A stretch of DNA of 32,000 bases from Candidatus Calditenuaceae archaeon HR02 (GCA_002898395.1 BEHE01000008.1:51876-83875); one strand, 5' to 3'. Shown: positions 15,590 to 25,097, numbered from the stretch's first letter. A program made the numbers and translations. The notes: generated by a model not told the origin, from the sequence alone.

Positions 15590-15883
15590 TTATAACCGAG
15601 ACCGCAAGTAACGCCACCAGCCTCGTGAGTGCCCGTTCCTGTAGACCTTTTTACGGTAGATCTGTAGTGTAGCCAGCGAGAGCACTATGAAGAGGACCAG
15701 GAGGATTACGCCGTGTCCCACCCAGTGGTGTCCGAAGGTAGCTTTTAGTACACCCTTTAAAGGTGTCAGCTCCTTGACTACGGTGAGTGGGCCATTTAGG
15801 AGTGTGATGATTATCGATGATGTGAGTAGTGAGAAGGCCCATGCCTTTCTATGCTCGAGCCGTGTCTCAGCATCTACCCTCAC
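15590..15883 (-). CDS. Hypothetical small membrane protein (two TM segments)
   Basis: 97-aa ORF with two hydrophobic segments and a basic tail. No recognisable family. Confidence 0.3.
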   Translation of the reverse strand: MRVDAETRLEHRKAWAFSLLTSSIIITLLNGPLTVVKELTPLKGVLKATFGHHWVGHGVILLVLFIVLSLATLQIYRKKVYRNGHSRGWWRYLRSRL

Positions 15884-16174
15884 CCCTTGGCTAGGGCGAC
15901 TCTGTAACCGATCGAGACTAGAAGGTTAAACATGCGGAGCTTCAGGGATTGCTAGAGAAGCTTAAGGAAGAGGTGGATAAAGGCCCCAGTCTACCTAAGA
16001 GGGTCGGTGTTGATATAATTCCGAGATGCGGGTTAGGTTGGAGCGGGTGGCCTTAACTCGTCGGACTCCTCATTCCGCAGCGACTTTGGAGAGATGGTAG
16101 ATTAACCGGTGGAGCTCCTCAGAAATTGGAAGTGTTTATATAGCTTATGTTTAATTTAGTTGTACTGAGGTTTA

Positions 16175-16369
16175 ATGACTGTTAGTCGGGTTAAGCGTAT
16201 GGGCGGGTCATTGATGGTTACTATTCCTAAGGAGCTGGCGGATGCTTTGGGAATAAAGGAGGGAGAGATCGTTAGTATCGAGGTAAAGAAGCTGCGGCGT
16301 GATTTCTTTGGCGCATTAAGGAATTTGTCGCCCATGGCTACTGAAGAGGAGCTGCATTCCCATGAGTAG
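16175..16369 (+). CDS. AbrB/SpoVT/MazE-type antitoxin (VapB-like)
   Basis: RVKRMGGSLMVTIPKELADALGIKEGEIVSIEV is a swapped-hairpin AbrB domain. A TTTATATAG box at 16134-16142 and a GAGG lie upstream. Confidence 0.75.
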   Translation: MTVSRVKRMGGSLMVTIPKELADALGIKEGEIVSIEVKKLRRDFFGALRNLSPMATEEELHSHE

Positions 16370-16478
16370 GGTCTATGTGGTCGATGCATATGCATGGATT
16401 GATTATCTACGTGGGAGTAAAAAGGGAGAGTATGTTCTGGAGTCGTTGATGGCTTATTGTTTTCGCATCTGTGTGTAG
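16362..16478 (+). pseudogene. Truncated PIN-domain (VapC) toxin remnant
   Basis: The ATG at 16362 overlaps the antitoxin stop. MSRVYVVDAYAWIDYLRGSKKGEYVLESL... is a PIN N-terminus, but the frame stops after 38 codons. No frame downstream shows the rest of a PIN domain. Confidence 0.5.
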
Positions 16479-16854
16479 GTTCCGAGTCTCCGTCCAGGCT
16501 TTGGTGGAGGGTTCGCAATCGGATGATGGGAGGACGGCAGAGTTGCTGGAGCTGGTGAAGGAGATTTTGTAGCAGTTGGAGGTCTCTAGGGATGCTAGGG
16601 TGGATGAGGTGGTGGAAAGGGTTCTAGAGAGCATGCCTAGGAGGCTGGATGAGGTGACTGTCAGGGCAGAGGAGAGCTATACCTAACGGATTCTTAGGCT
16701 GGCCGGCGGCGTGGAGTTTTGGTGAGGAAGAGCGGGGCTATCGCCGTCAGGTCCTACATCCCACTCAATGACATATCCATAGTCAAGAAAATCTGGTAGT
16801 CAATCTAGAATGCCTCACCACGCCTCTACATCGTTCTGGTTTAGCCGTCCACCT

Positions 16855-17469
16855 CTACCTCTCTACCACTTTGCCTTTCTCGAACTTTGATGTAGCCTCC
16901 CAAATCCTTTGATGGGGTTTCCTCAATCTATGTGTTTCAACCTCATAAACGTATCCTGTTATCGCTACGTCTCGTGGTATCAGAGGGCTGTTTCTGAGTG
17001 CTTCCACGTTCTTTATGACGATATCGTCAATATATTCAACTCCTAGGTCTGTGAAGAATTTGAACCAGTTGGCAAACTCTTTTTCACCTTTTAGCCCGAG
17101 GGCTGGGAGTAGTGGGTCTATCGCCAGCTCGGCCGGCTTTATCCCACGCCTCAGGAAGTAGTCAGCCACCTCTGCACCTTTGAAGCGAAGCATGCCGCAA
17201 TCGGTATGGTTAACCACAATTATTTCTCTTGTGCCAAAGAAGTTGGTGGTGAGGGCTGCCGACCTTATTACGTCGTCGGTTACAACGCCTCCGGCGTTTC
17301 TGAATATGTGGGCGTCGTCGGGTTCTAGTCCCAGGGCGGACTCTATGCGGATTCTTTCATCCATGCAGGTCAACACGAATAGTGACCTGTTGTTGGGTAT
17401 TCCTCTAACTCTTCTCAACGCGTAGTCTTCGAGTTGTTTTATCTGTGCTTCCAGTCTCTCTGCGTGCAT
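16855..17469 (-). CDS. Beta-class carbonic anhydrase family protein (possibly CS2/COS hydrolase-like)
   Basis: Zn ligand motifs are CMDER and HTDCGM, with RNAGG between them. The start is trimmed to the ATG at 17467-17469 (MHAERLEAQIKQLEDYALRR...), about 27 nt downstream of an ACATAAATAC box. Confidence 0.8.
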   Translation of the reverse strand: MHAERLEAQIKQLEDYALRRVRGIPNNRSLFVLTCMDERIRIESALGLEPDDAHIFRNAGGVVTDDVIRSAALTTNFFGTREIIVVNHTDCGMLRFKGAEVADYFLRRGIKPAELAIDPLLPALGLKGEKEFANWFKFFTDLGVEYIDDIVIKNVEALRNSPLIPRDVAITGYVYEVETHRLRKPHQRIWEATSKFEKGKVVER

Positions 17470-18006
17470 ACTGTTGACTGGTGTGGAGGGGTATTTATGT
17501 ATTAGCCTATTACAATAATATGATAATATTATTATATTTAAAGGCATATTTCAGGAATAGACGCATCCCACCCGTAACAGCCCTAATATCACCCAACCAA
17601 AACCCAAGCCATCTCCTTAAACCAGCCGCTGAGAGGTTGGAAGTAGCTCCCCCCTCTACCGTAGGCCCTTATATATCTCTGGGCCCCTCCTAAGCATCTC
17701 CAGCCACCCGACGCAGTAGGTCCTGCAGACATGGCAGACATCGTCGAACAGCGTTACCTAGTCCCGGAAGGGTGCAAAGGTCTCTGCTGACCTATACCCA
17801 ACCTATTACTATATGACGAGATTAACGGTTTTAACGGGTATGGTATAGTAGCCGATGTACAGAATCATACCTTAATCACAGATTACTGACCAAAATGCAA
17901 TATAAAAGTAAAAAGAGCCAAGAATAGATATAGAAGGGGACCCCTAATCTTTACTAGACTAGAGTAGAAAATATTTATGCCCGAAACCTGTTAAACAGCC
18001 ATTGAA

Positions 18007-18630
18007 GTGGAGCTGATGAGCGGAGCCGCAAATGATGTGGTGAGAATAGTCCTGGAAGCGTGGAGGCGGACTTTCTCTCTGAGAACACTCGGCGGCGGGG
18101 TGATAAGGTGTCTACTCGTCTTCTGCGAGAACAACCTTGTGGAGTTGGAGACAGATGAGGTACGGAGCGTTGCGCCAATCAGTGGGCCTGAATCAGATCG
18201 GTTCTACAGTAGAAGCGGCCGCGCTGAGGAAGATGTGTTTTGGAGCGTAGTAGGAGAGATATTTGCAGAGATTCGAGGCGCCGATGAGAAGGATAGAACG
18301 TGGTATGCGGAATTAGCGAGGCTTAGTGGCCTCAAATACACTCACGCAGTCCAGATCATCCAACAGTTGATGGAAAAGTACTGGAGGATCTCCCATGTAA
18401 GGGTGGGATATGAGACGGGTTACGGCGAGCTCGATGGGTTGAAGGTGAAATCAAGAGGGAACAGGGTAGATTTGCAGTTCAAGGTGGGTGGAGAGAAGAA
18501 GAGATACGAGATAGTCTTTCTATCTAACGAGCACGTCGAGAATGCCTATAAAACCTTAAAGGAAGTTCTTAGGTTGGGACAAGGCAACAGTGATATATCT
18601 CCCCGGGACAGCGGGGTGGACAAGCTATGA
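18007..18630 (+). CDS. Hypothetical protein
   Basis: 207-aa ORF with a GTG start and no motif I recognise. The coding-like composition is the only support. Confidence 0.4.
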   Translation: MELMSGAANDVVRIVLEAWRRTFSLRTLGGGVIRCLLVFCENNLVELETDEVRSVAPISGPESDRFYSRSGRAEEDVFWSVVGEIFAEIRGADEKDRTWYAELARLSGLKYTHAVQIIQQLMEKYWRISHVRVGYETGYGELDGLKVKSRGNRVDLQFKVGGEKKRYEIVFLSNEHVENAYKTLKEVLRLGQGNSDISPRDSGVDKL

Positions 18631-18978
18631 GGATGGTTTGGGGCTCTTGACGTCATAGTGAGGAAAGAAAACATAGCAATTATCATATCCAGTTTCTTCT
18701 ACCTAACCAAAATCTTCTCGAATCAAAGGAATTTAAATAAAATAATTATTTCTCGGAGGGATTCAACACTTTCCCCCGTTGCTACAGCATAAACAATATA
18801 GTAAAGCAAACTGTCGCCAAGATAGAGGAGTCTAGCAATGGTGTCAAGAACATATAAATCCCTTCCATCTAAAATCGAGCACTTCAAAACTCATACTACC
18901 CCTGTACCTCATCTTCGCAAGCCACGTATGTGGGTTAACGGTCTATAGAGGGGTGCTTTGGTGAAAACAATTACGATG

Positions 18979-19401
18979 CTACACTTCAGAGAGATGCTTT
19001 ATGTTTGTTAATGGGACTTTTGCTACAACCTCTTTATCGGCTGTATAGAGGGTTGCATTCTGTAACATGGCTAGGGAGACATAAACTGCATCATATAGCG
19101 TTATGCCGAACTTATATGCCAGTTCCACCGCTCTTTCACGCAGTTCCCCTTTAAACTCGTAGGTAGTTATGCTCATGTCTTCTAGGGCTTTGAGAGCTGT
19201 CTTGACATCCTCAATCCCAAATCTTGGATTATACCTTAAGGCGTTAGCCACCTCGTAGTGTAGAAGGACTGGCGCTATCAAGTCTATCTCACCGTTAGCA
19301 TACCTATTCCTTATTGTTAATGCCTCCTTCCTTAGTGGCTCGACGTTGAACCATTTCACTGCTACACTTGCGTCAAGTACGAGTATCTTCTCCTCCTCCA
19401 T
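18979..19401 (-). CDS. vapC: PIN-domain toxin VapC
   Basis: ILVLDASVAVKW (first acidic residue), ...LIAPVLLHYEVANAL, DAVYVSLA and LYTADKE give the full PIN acidic quartet pattern. Confidence 0.85.
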   Translation of the reverse strand: MEEEKILVLDASVAVKWFNVEPLRKEALTIRNRYANGEIDLIAPVLLHYEVANALRYNPRFGIEDVKTALKALEDMSITTYEFKGELRERAVELAYKFGITLYDAVYVSLAMLQNATLYTADKEVVAKVPLTNIKHLSEV

Positions 19402-19637
19402 CTGATCACCTCATCCTCAGCTATCCAGCCAGACCCCTCCGATAACTTCGCCAGCCTATCCATCTCCTCGATAGCACGCTTAATGGTTGTGGTGTCTTTA
19501 GTGGACCTCATTCTTCGCTCCTCCTGCTCCACAACAGTTTCAACATACCTCCTAAGGAGCTCGCTCCAGTTTATGTGGCGGAGCCTATCTATCCTAGCTT
19601 TAAGCCTCTTATCGACCCGGAAGCTGATGATGCTCAC
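19362..19637 (-). CDS. vapB: Ribbon-helix-helix antitoxin (VapB)
   Basis: From the GTG at 19635-19637: (M)SIISFRVDKRLKARIDRLRHINWSELLRRYVE... is an RHH N-terminus. An ATACTTATTAAA box lies about 25-30 nt upstream. The ORF-track start at 19871 is probably an over-extension. It overlaps vapC by 40 nt. Confidence 0.6.
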   Translation of the reverse strand: MSIISFRVDKRLKARIDRLRHINWSELLRRYVETVVEQEERRMRSTKDTTTIKRAIEEMDRLAKLSEGSGWIAEDEVIRWRRRRYSYLTQV

Positions 19638-19822
19638 ATGTCTTGTAATACATCGCTGTTTAATAAGTATTACAGTTCCCCACTCCGCAGCCCAACATAT
19701 ATAGCAGTTTTCCACCCCCTTATTAGAGAGAAGGATCTCAGCCTTAGGAGCTAGGTGGGGCGTGGTGAGCGGGGAAGCCTTCAGGGAGGGCATGAGATGC
19801 CTTATCGGGAAAGAGTTAGGAG

Positions 19823-20272
19823 ATGAATAGGCATAAGAGCGGGAAGGTGCTGATTGACGAGTGGGTCCCAACGGGAGAGGTAGGGGTAGAAAGCGTACAG
19901 GAGAGAATCGTTGGCCAAAATCCAGTTATAAATCGACTACATGTTTGGTTTGCGCGTCGTCCACCCGTGGCTTCTAGGGCTGCTGTTCTTGCCTCCATAC
20001 TCCATCCCGAGACCACTAGAGAGGAGTTTCTTAGGCTGTTGGGCATTCCTCACGACAGGAACGTGGTCGCGGCTGCCGAGAAACTAGCTAGGGCCAAGGC
20101 CAACAAGGTTAGGCTTAAGGAGAATCCGTTTACTTGGGAGAGGGCCTTCAAATATACTCCGCCCAAGCCTCAGCCAGATGAGCTAATGGAGAGTGTTAGG
20201 GAGTGGGGCCATAGGATATTGAGACTCTTCAATCCATCTAGGAAGTTTAGCTACAGACGAGACAGTGGCTAA
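19823..20272 (+). pseudogene. Truncated N-terminal DUF1156 domain of a defence-island DNA methylase-like protein
   Basis: GKVLIDEWVPTGEVGVES...NRLHVWFARRPPVASRAAVLASIL is the DUF1156 signature as I recall it. Full-length members are several-fold longer. This frame ends after 149 codons and runs into AT-rich sequence of a different character. Confidence 0.6.
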
Positions 20273-21240
20273 GAATAACAGTAACATGTAGAGAAGTTCT
20301 ATAACAATATGAACTCCAAGACTGTCAAAAGCATTAAGGAGATAGCGACTACGATGGCCCTAATACACAACATACTTCTCGAGAACAGAGAGGGAGCTGC
20401 AACACTTGATAGTGCAAAGGATAGAGTGTATGAAAGTAGCTTACCTTGCATAGCATAGAAGATATTTTTAGCTGTACGTGGATGTGTGGGTAGTCTGGGT
20501 AAAGTTGTCGGTATAGATTCATCTGAGCATCTGAATTTCATTGGTTTCGTTTCTGGAACATTAGATCCTATCTGCGCATATACTGGTATTAGTGATCTCA
20601 GATACGAGTTGAGCCGATCGACTAGAGTTCCCGCAAGCGCGCTAGAGGGCTCGCTTAAAAGGAATTTAGCGAAGTTGATATTGAAGATAGTCTTAGTAGA
20701 GAGTCTTGGAAAGGTCTACGCCGATGTTGAGATATCTCAACCACCAGGAAAACTTGGTAATTAGATCATCCCATGGGTTACCAATAAAATTGGCCGATAT
20801 AATTGCTTGGACGAACTTAAGAAGACCACACGACATAACACGAGGCGGCAAGTTTTCGGGGGCAGTTAAGTTAACTTGAAAGAGGAACCGGCAAAAATGG
20901 TAAGGTCAGAGTTTAGAATTTAACGTCGGGCTCACATCAGCCCCCGCCCCTATGCCTGTTCATTCATCCCCGAACTTTTTCAGGCATAGCATGAGGGGTT
21001 CGGACCCTCATCCAGTTATCACTCCCCTTTCCTTACCTTTAAGCCTTTCCTATAAATGGGTGGGGACTGTCAACTAGGTGTTACGCCTCCTCGGGTGTAA
21101 GGAAGGTGTTAGGTACTCAGGAGCGCGAATCGTCTGCAAGAGGTACCTGTAATACGCTCGTTGCTCCTAGCACCATTTAACCAACATGTCTACAAGGTGG
21201 TTAAGTGCGTTGTTATCCCTTACGATGCCCAGATGAGCGA

Positions 21241-22173
21241 TTATATTATCGATGCAATGTTGAGTTCTTGCATAACCCTGTTTATCGGATTCGCCAATGA
21301 AAATATATCACTTCCTGCAAAGAGGACCCCTATCGCCCTATTGTTCTCATCTACTACAAGGCTACCAGAGTCTCCTCCTTTACTAAATCCACCTGGCTGA
21401 ATAACAATTTGGTCATCAAATGTCAGATGTCCTAGGCTTAGGTAATTAACTTTAACATAAGCTCGTAGTATAACAATTACACCACGTGTCAAGCCAGTTG
21501 TCCTTCCACTCTTCTTTACATGTAAGCTCAATGTTGGCATTCCCACACCCCTCACCTTGCCAATGTAAAATATATCGGGACTAACATCTTGTATGTTTAT
21601 CGGCCTAGCTAGGGCGGCATCAACATAGTTAATGCCATTAGGATTCAAAAAAGTCCACGTCCATAATGTAGCAATTGTATCGTTAGGATTTCCCCCGTCA
21701 TAAGGACCAGGTTGGTATATAGGATCACCTATTCTGGCATTGTTAGAGTTTGCAAGCACATGATTATTGCTGAGAATGTATACATGACCTTCATTATCTC
21801 GAACCAGACATCCTAAGGTGCCAGCAGTGACCATATAGTGACCTATACTCACACCCCCCTGAGCTGGCCTAACCCTTTGTCTTGATACGTAAGGAATTGG
21901 TCTTGCACTTTGGAGCTCGCCAGCTACAATAGCTGTTACTGGTACGCCGAACTGATCCGCAATGGCTTGAGCTATTGGTTGAGCGTATTCGTTTCCCCGC
22001 CGAAGGAGGATAGCTAATGCTTGCCTACCGTTTGTGTAGGTTATCCCAATACCGTTCACATCATTTTCAAGCGTTCTTGATGAGACTCTCGCTGCAGCAA
22101 ATAACTTGTTTATATTAGCTCGCGAACCAAAGAAGCAGTCTATGCAATAACGTCGAGCCTGCTCAACGCTCAT
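21241..22173 (-). CDS. PA-clan (chymotrypsin/trypsin-fold) serine protease with an N-terminal pro-domain-like module
   Basis: The catalytic triad appears in the order H (ILSNNHVLA), D (YVDAALA), S (KGGDSGS). GRTTGLTRG precedes the Ser block. Confidence 0.75.
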   Translation of the reverse strand: MSVEQARRYCIDCFFGSRANINKLFAAARVSSRTLENDVNGIGITYTNGRQALAILLRRGNEYAQPIAQAIADQFGVPVTAIVAGELQSARPIPYVSRQRVRPAQGGVSIGHYMVTAGTLGCLVRDNEGHVYILSNNHVLANSNNARIGDPIYQPGPYDGGNPNDTIATLWTWTFLNPNGINYVDAALARPINIQDVSPDIFYIGKVRGVGMPTLSLHVKKSGRTTGLTRGVIVILRAYVKVNYLSLGHLTFDDQIVIQPGGFSKGGDSGSLVVDENNRAIGVLFAGSDIFSLANPINRVMQELNIASII

Positions 22174-22408
22174 GTATAACTCCTTTAAGCGGCTGAAACT
22201 CTCCTGAAACCAATATTCGATATGGAATAGGGATGTCTCTCATAAGACGCTCTATTTTAGCACAAGTATCTTTATCGTCCTCCCTAAGCATGACGATCAC
22301 ATACAGAGAGCCCTGATGCCCTCCTATACCAACTCCAGATACACCTTCTATCTCCATGAGGCGAGACTTCACTTCTCTTAAACGCTCCTCAAATTCATCT
22401 TGACTCAT
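22163..22408 (-). CDS. Small protein resembling the pro-domain-like module of the downstream protease
   Basis: 81 aa. IEGVSGVGIGGHQGSLYVIVML...IPIPYRILVSGEFQ aligns with NDVNGIGITYTNGRQALAILL...FGVPVTAIVAGELQ of the protease N-terminus. It overlaps the protease gene by 11 nt. Confidence 0.55.
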   Translation of the reverse strand: MSQDEFEERLREVKSRLMEIEGVSGVGIGGHQGSLYVIVMLREDDKDTCAKIERLMRDIPIPYRILVSGEFQPLKGVIHER

Positions 22409-22500
22409 TACACCTTATGTTTGATCGCACAGCTAATTAATCCTTTCGCATATTTGAGGGGCACCGTCAGCCAGGTATTACGACTCTTCCTTCCCATGGA

Positions 22501-22983
22501 TTAGGTCTTAGGTTGTGTATTTGTCGTTGCTATCTCCTCAATACTCCTCACCATCTCTGTGTTTATGTTGTTGTAGAGCCTCTTTGTTCTGTCTTTCAAT
22601 TCCCTGAAGAACCTCTCTATCCCGTTCCTCTCCCCGAACGTCTCATGAACATACTTAAGCCTCCCACGGATACCAAGGACCCCTATTATCGATGGCTTAT
22701 CATTATTCTTAACAACCGTCTCGTCTACAGCCACCACCTCCCTAAACATAATCCTAGATAGGTTAAGGAGCCTTGATATCCCAACGACCTCCCTAGATGA
22801 GAGACACAGGCTTAGACCCGCAACGTACAAGACGACGACATAAACCCTCTCGAAAAGAATCGTTATAGAACCTGAACTAGATACACGTTTGAAGACGTAT
22901 GTGGCAGCTGAGGGGGAAAAATGGTATTGCCCTAACGGAGGGAAAACCATATAAAAGATGACTGTGCCCAGATTTCTGAACAA
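22501..22983 (-). mobile_element. Internally shortened DDE transposase remnant (IS6-like, tentative)
   Basis: Blocks present are LYVAGLSLCLSSREV, VVAVDETVVK and NGIERFFRELKDRTKRLYNNI. The segment between the DE and the E blocks is far too short for an active enzyme. Confidence 0.55.
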
Positions 22984-23020
22984 ATTCTTTATTATTCGTT
23001 GTCTTCTTTTTTTTATCTAT

Positions 23021-23173
23021 GTGACCTTGGTTATTAAGAAGATTGACCCGGAGAAGGTTAGGTTATTTAAGGCCGAGGCTGTTAGGAGGGGGTTTCTTCT
23101 TAACCAGGCTTTGGAGGAGGCGATAACGCTCTGGCTTAACGCCAGCCACTCCGTAGTGGGGACCGAATTTTGA
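23021..23173 (+). CDS. Solo ribbon-helix-helix antitoxin-like protein, paralog of the frameshifted vapB at 27797
   Basis: From the GTG at 23021: (M)TLVIKKIDPEKVRLFKAEAVRRGFLLNQALEEAITLWL aligns with MNVTIRDVDEAVFRRFKARAL-KGMKLGEALTQAMEMWL. No PIN gene follows it. Confidence 0.45.
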   Translation: MTLVIKKIDPEKVRLFKAEAVRRGFLLNQALEEAITLWLNASHSVVGTEF

Positions 23174-23210
23174 GGCGAATAACAGGCTGTATGAGGCGAT
23201 AAAAGAGGAG

Positions 23211-23426
23211 TTGAGAAAGAATCATCTGGGAAAGTTCATGGTCATAGCCGAGGATAGGTTGGTTGGAGTTTTTGAGGAGAAGAAAGAGGCTTTAGAGGCC
23301 TTGCGTAGTCTTGGTAGTAGCGCGAGTCACGCGATACTAACCCAGGTAGGGGTAGATGAGGAGCGGGGGGCCGAGCTTGAATGGTGGGGCGGGTCTATAG
23401 GGTCTCAGAGTGCACAGAATACATAG
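23211..23426 (+). CDS. Hypothetical small protein (DUF5678-like flavour)
   Basis: The HLGKFMVIAEDRLVGVFEEKKEALEAL pattern recalls small archaeal proteins of the ...GKWVAI.dgkVv... type. The start is TTG. The frame is open further upstream without a start codon. Confidence 0.3.
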   Translation: MRKNHLGKFMVIAEDRLVGVFEEKKEALEALRSLGSSASHAILTQVGVDEERGAELEWWGGSIGSQSAQNT

Positions 23427-23737
23427 CCTCTAGAAGACATCCAGCACCCGCCTAAACAATAACTCTTCACAGCATAACCGGCGACAAAGTAGCGGAAAAT
23501 ACTAGGGTTCCAGTAGACGCAGGTTATGAAGGGCCAGTCATGCTGACCTCGGAGCTTTACAGTCCCTTCACAAAAGCGGGATTACCACGCCCTCCGTATC
23601 CAGCTACAGAAGCCGTATACCCTATGCCCCTGTATCCGGCCAAGTAATAACTCTCAGCAATATATACCAGATGTCTCCAGAATCTCCTGACATACTCTCA
23701 ACTACCTGCTAGACCCCAGCCCACAGACCATGAAGAA

Positions 23738-25097
23738 CTAAATCCTGTATCTAATTAAGTCCTTAAGGTCAAAAACAAGGTAACCTTTCTCGGTTAGTTC
23801 TGCCTTTCGCTCGAGACTTCTTGCGAGGATGCCGAAGTACTGCTTCCTCCTGCCCCTGTTCCATGCGAAACTGGATGATTTTTGTTTTAGTCTTTCAATT
23901 ATCTCGAGCGCCTCGTTGTAGCTTAACTCCTTCCATTTTGCCTCCAAGAACAATACTTTCCCGGATCCCCTGTTCACAGTCACAACATCTATCTCTACGT
24001 CCCTGGCCACCAGTTGCCAACGGTATCGACTCTAAACGGTGACAGGATAGGGATGTAATGGAGTGCCAATCTTTCAAATGCCTTGCCTAGTATCTCTTTT
24101 ATTTCATTCTCGTTATAGCTCGCGATTCCCAGTTCAATCTGAGATACTTTCCTGTAGCATAAGTTAAACCATGAGATGAGGGCATTCTCCCTTATGAAGT
24201 ATCTTCCCCTTTTCTCCCTTGTCATCAAAAGTACCTTTCTTTCGACGAGGCCAAGGAGTGACAGTTGCTCAAGATACGGGAATATCTTTCTCGTCTCCAT
24301 TCCAACGTAGTTCGCTATGCCGTTTGTGGTGGAGTTGCCGGACGCGATTGCGGCAAGTATTAAGAAATAATTTCTCGGTCCCCTTAGCTCCTCCGCCAGC
24401 AAGAAGTAAGGTTCTCTGTAAAAATAGCCATTCTGGTCTAAAAACTCACGTTCTACCAGCTCCCTTATAGATCTGTACCTTGCCGAAACCTGCAGGTATG
24501 AGGGCACCCCTCCAACCATCATATACGCCATGATCCCATATTACCTATCCTTGAAGAAGTCAAGGGCGTGCCAGGGCCTCAGCTCTTCAAGAAGTATATC
24601 CCTCGTCCTCCTGCCGTAAAGGGGGGGGGAGCCGCTTGACAGTACCTCTTCTCGCATGAGCACTAGCAAAGAGCCGGAGATGATGAGCATCACCCCTCTC
24701 TTTGACATGTTTCTGTCCCAAGCTCGTTGGAGGTCGCTCAGAATCCGGGGGTCGGTCTTTACCGCATAAGAAAACTCATATAGCACGACGATCTTTCCTT
24801 TCCCGAGCAACCTCGACACATAATCGAACAGATAGAGCCAAGAATCGGTTTCGAGCTTCTCTATGTAGGGATCGGCAAAATGTGCCGAAGCCTGCCTCTT
24901 GAATCCCCTCATTTGTACTTGCTTTGATGCATCGGGAAAAACAAGTAAAATGAGTCCTTTCCCGAGATGAACTCCTCGATTAGCCTACCCTTACCTATCC
25001 TCCTCCTTCCGTAAAGTACGGCAAAGGAGGGAGCTCTCTTGTACTCTTCTTGAAGAAGTTTCAGCTCAGCCTACCTGTTTATGAATTTACTAATCAC
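23738..25097 (-). pseudogene. Disrupted archaeal AAA ATPase (Arch_ATPase + DUF234 C-terminus)
   Basis: The pieces read (V)ISKFINR*AELKLLQEEYKRAPSFAVLYGRRRIGKGRLIEEF (Walker A), IVVLYEFSYAV...LQRAWD...LIISGS...SPPLYGRRT, VGGVPSYLQ...EPYFLLAEELR and IDVVTVNRGSGKVLFLEAKWKE (DUF234). Lesions are an in-frame TAG at 25071-25073, a frameshift near 24905-24930, an in-frame TAA at 24541-24543 and a frameshift near 23995-24010. Confidence 0.75.

Noticed and set aside
17813-17889. Possible C/D box sRNA (ATGACGA ... CTGA)
   Set aside because: The C box is imperfect compared with RTGATGA. There are no clear internal D' or C' boxes. At 77 nt it is longer than typical archaeal C/D sRNAs.
20299-20764. Overlapping ORFs of 80 aa (minus strand) and 92 aa (plus strand) downstream of the DUF1156 fragment
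   Set aside because: They overlap each other, no family is recognisable, and the composition is AT-rich and unlike the neighbouring genes. The sequence alone does not let me choose either.
20991-21011. Hairpin with a GTTCGGA loop considered as a tRNA T-arm
   Set aside because: The TTC is displaced by one position relative to a T-loop. The sequence after the stem (ATCCAGT) has no complementary 5' acceptor strand upstream. The preceding hairpin does not fit an anticodon arm.
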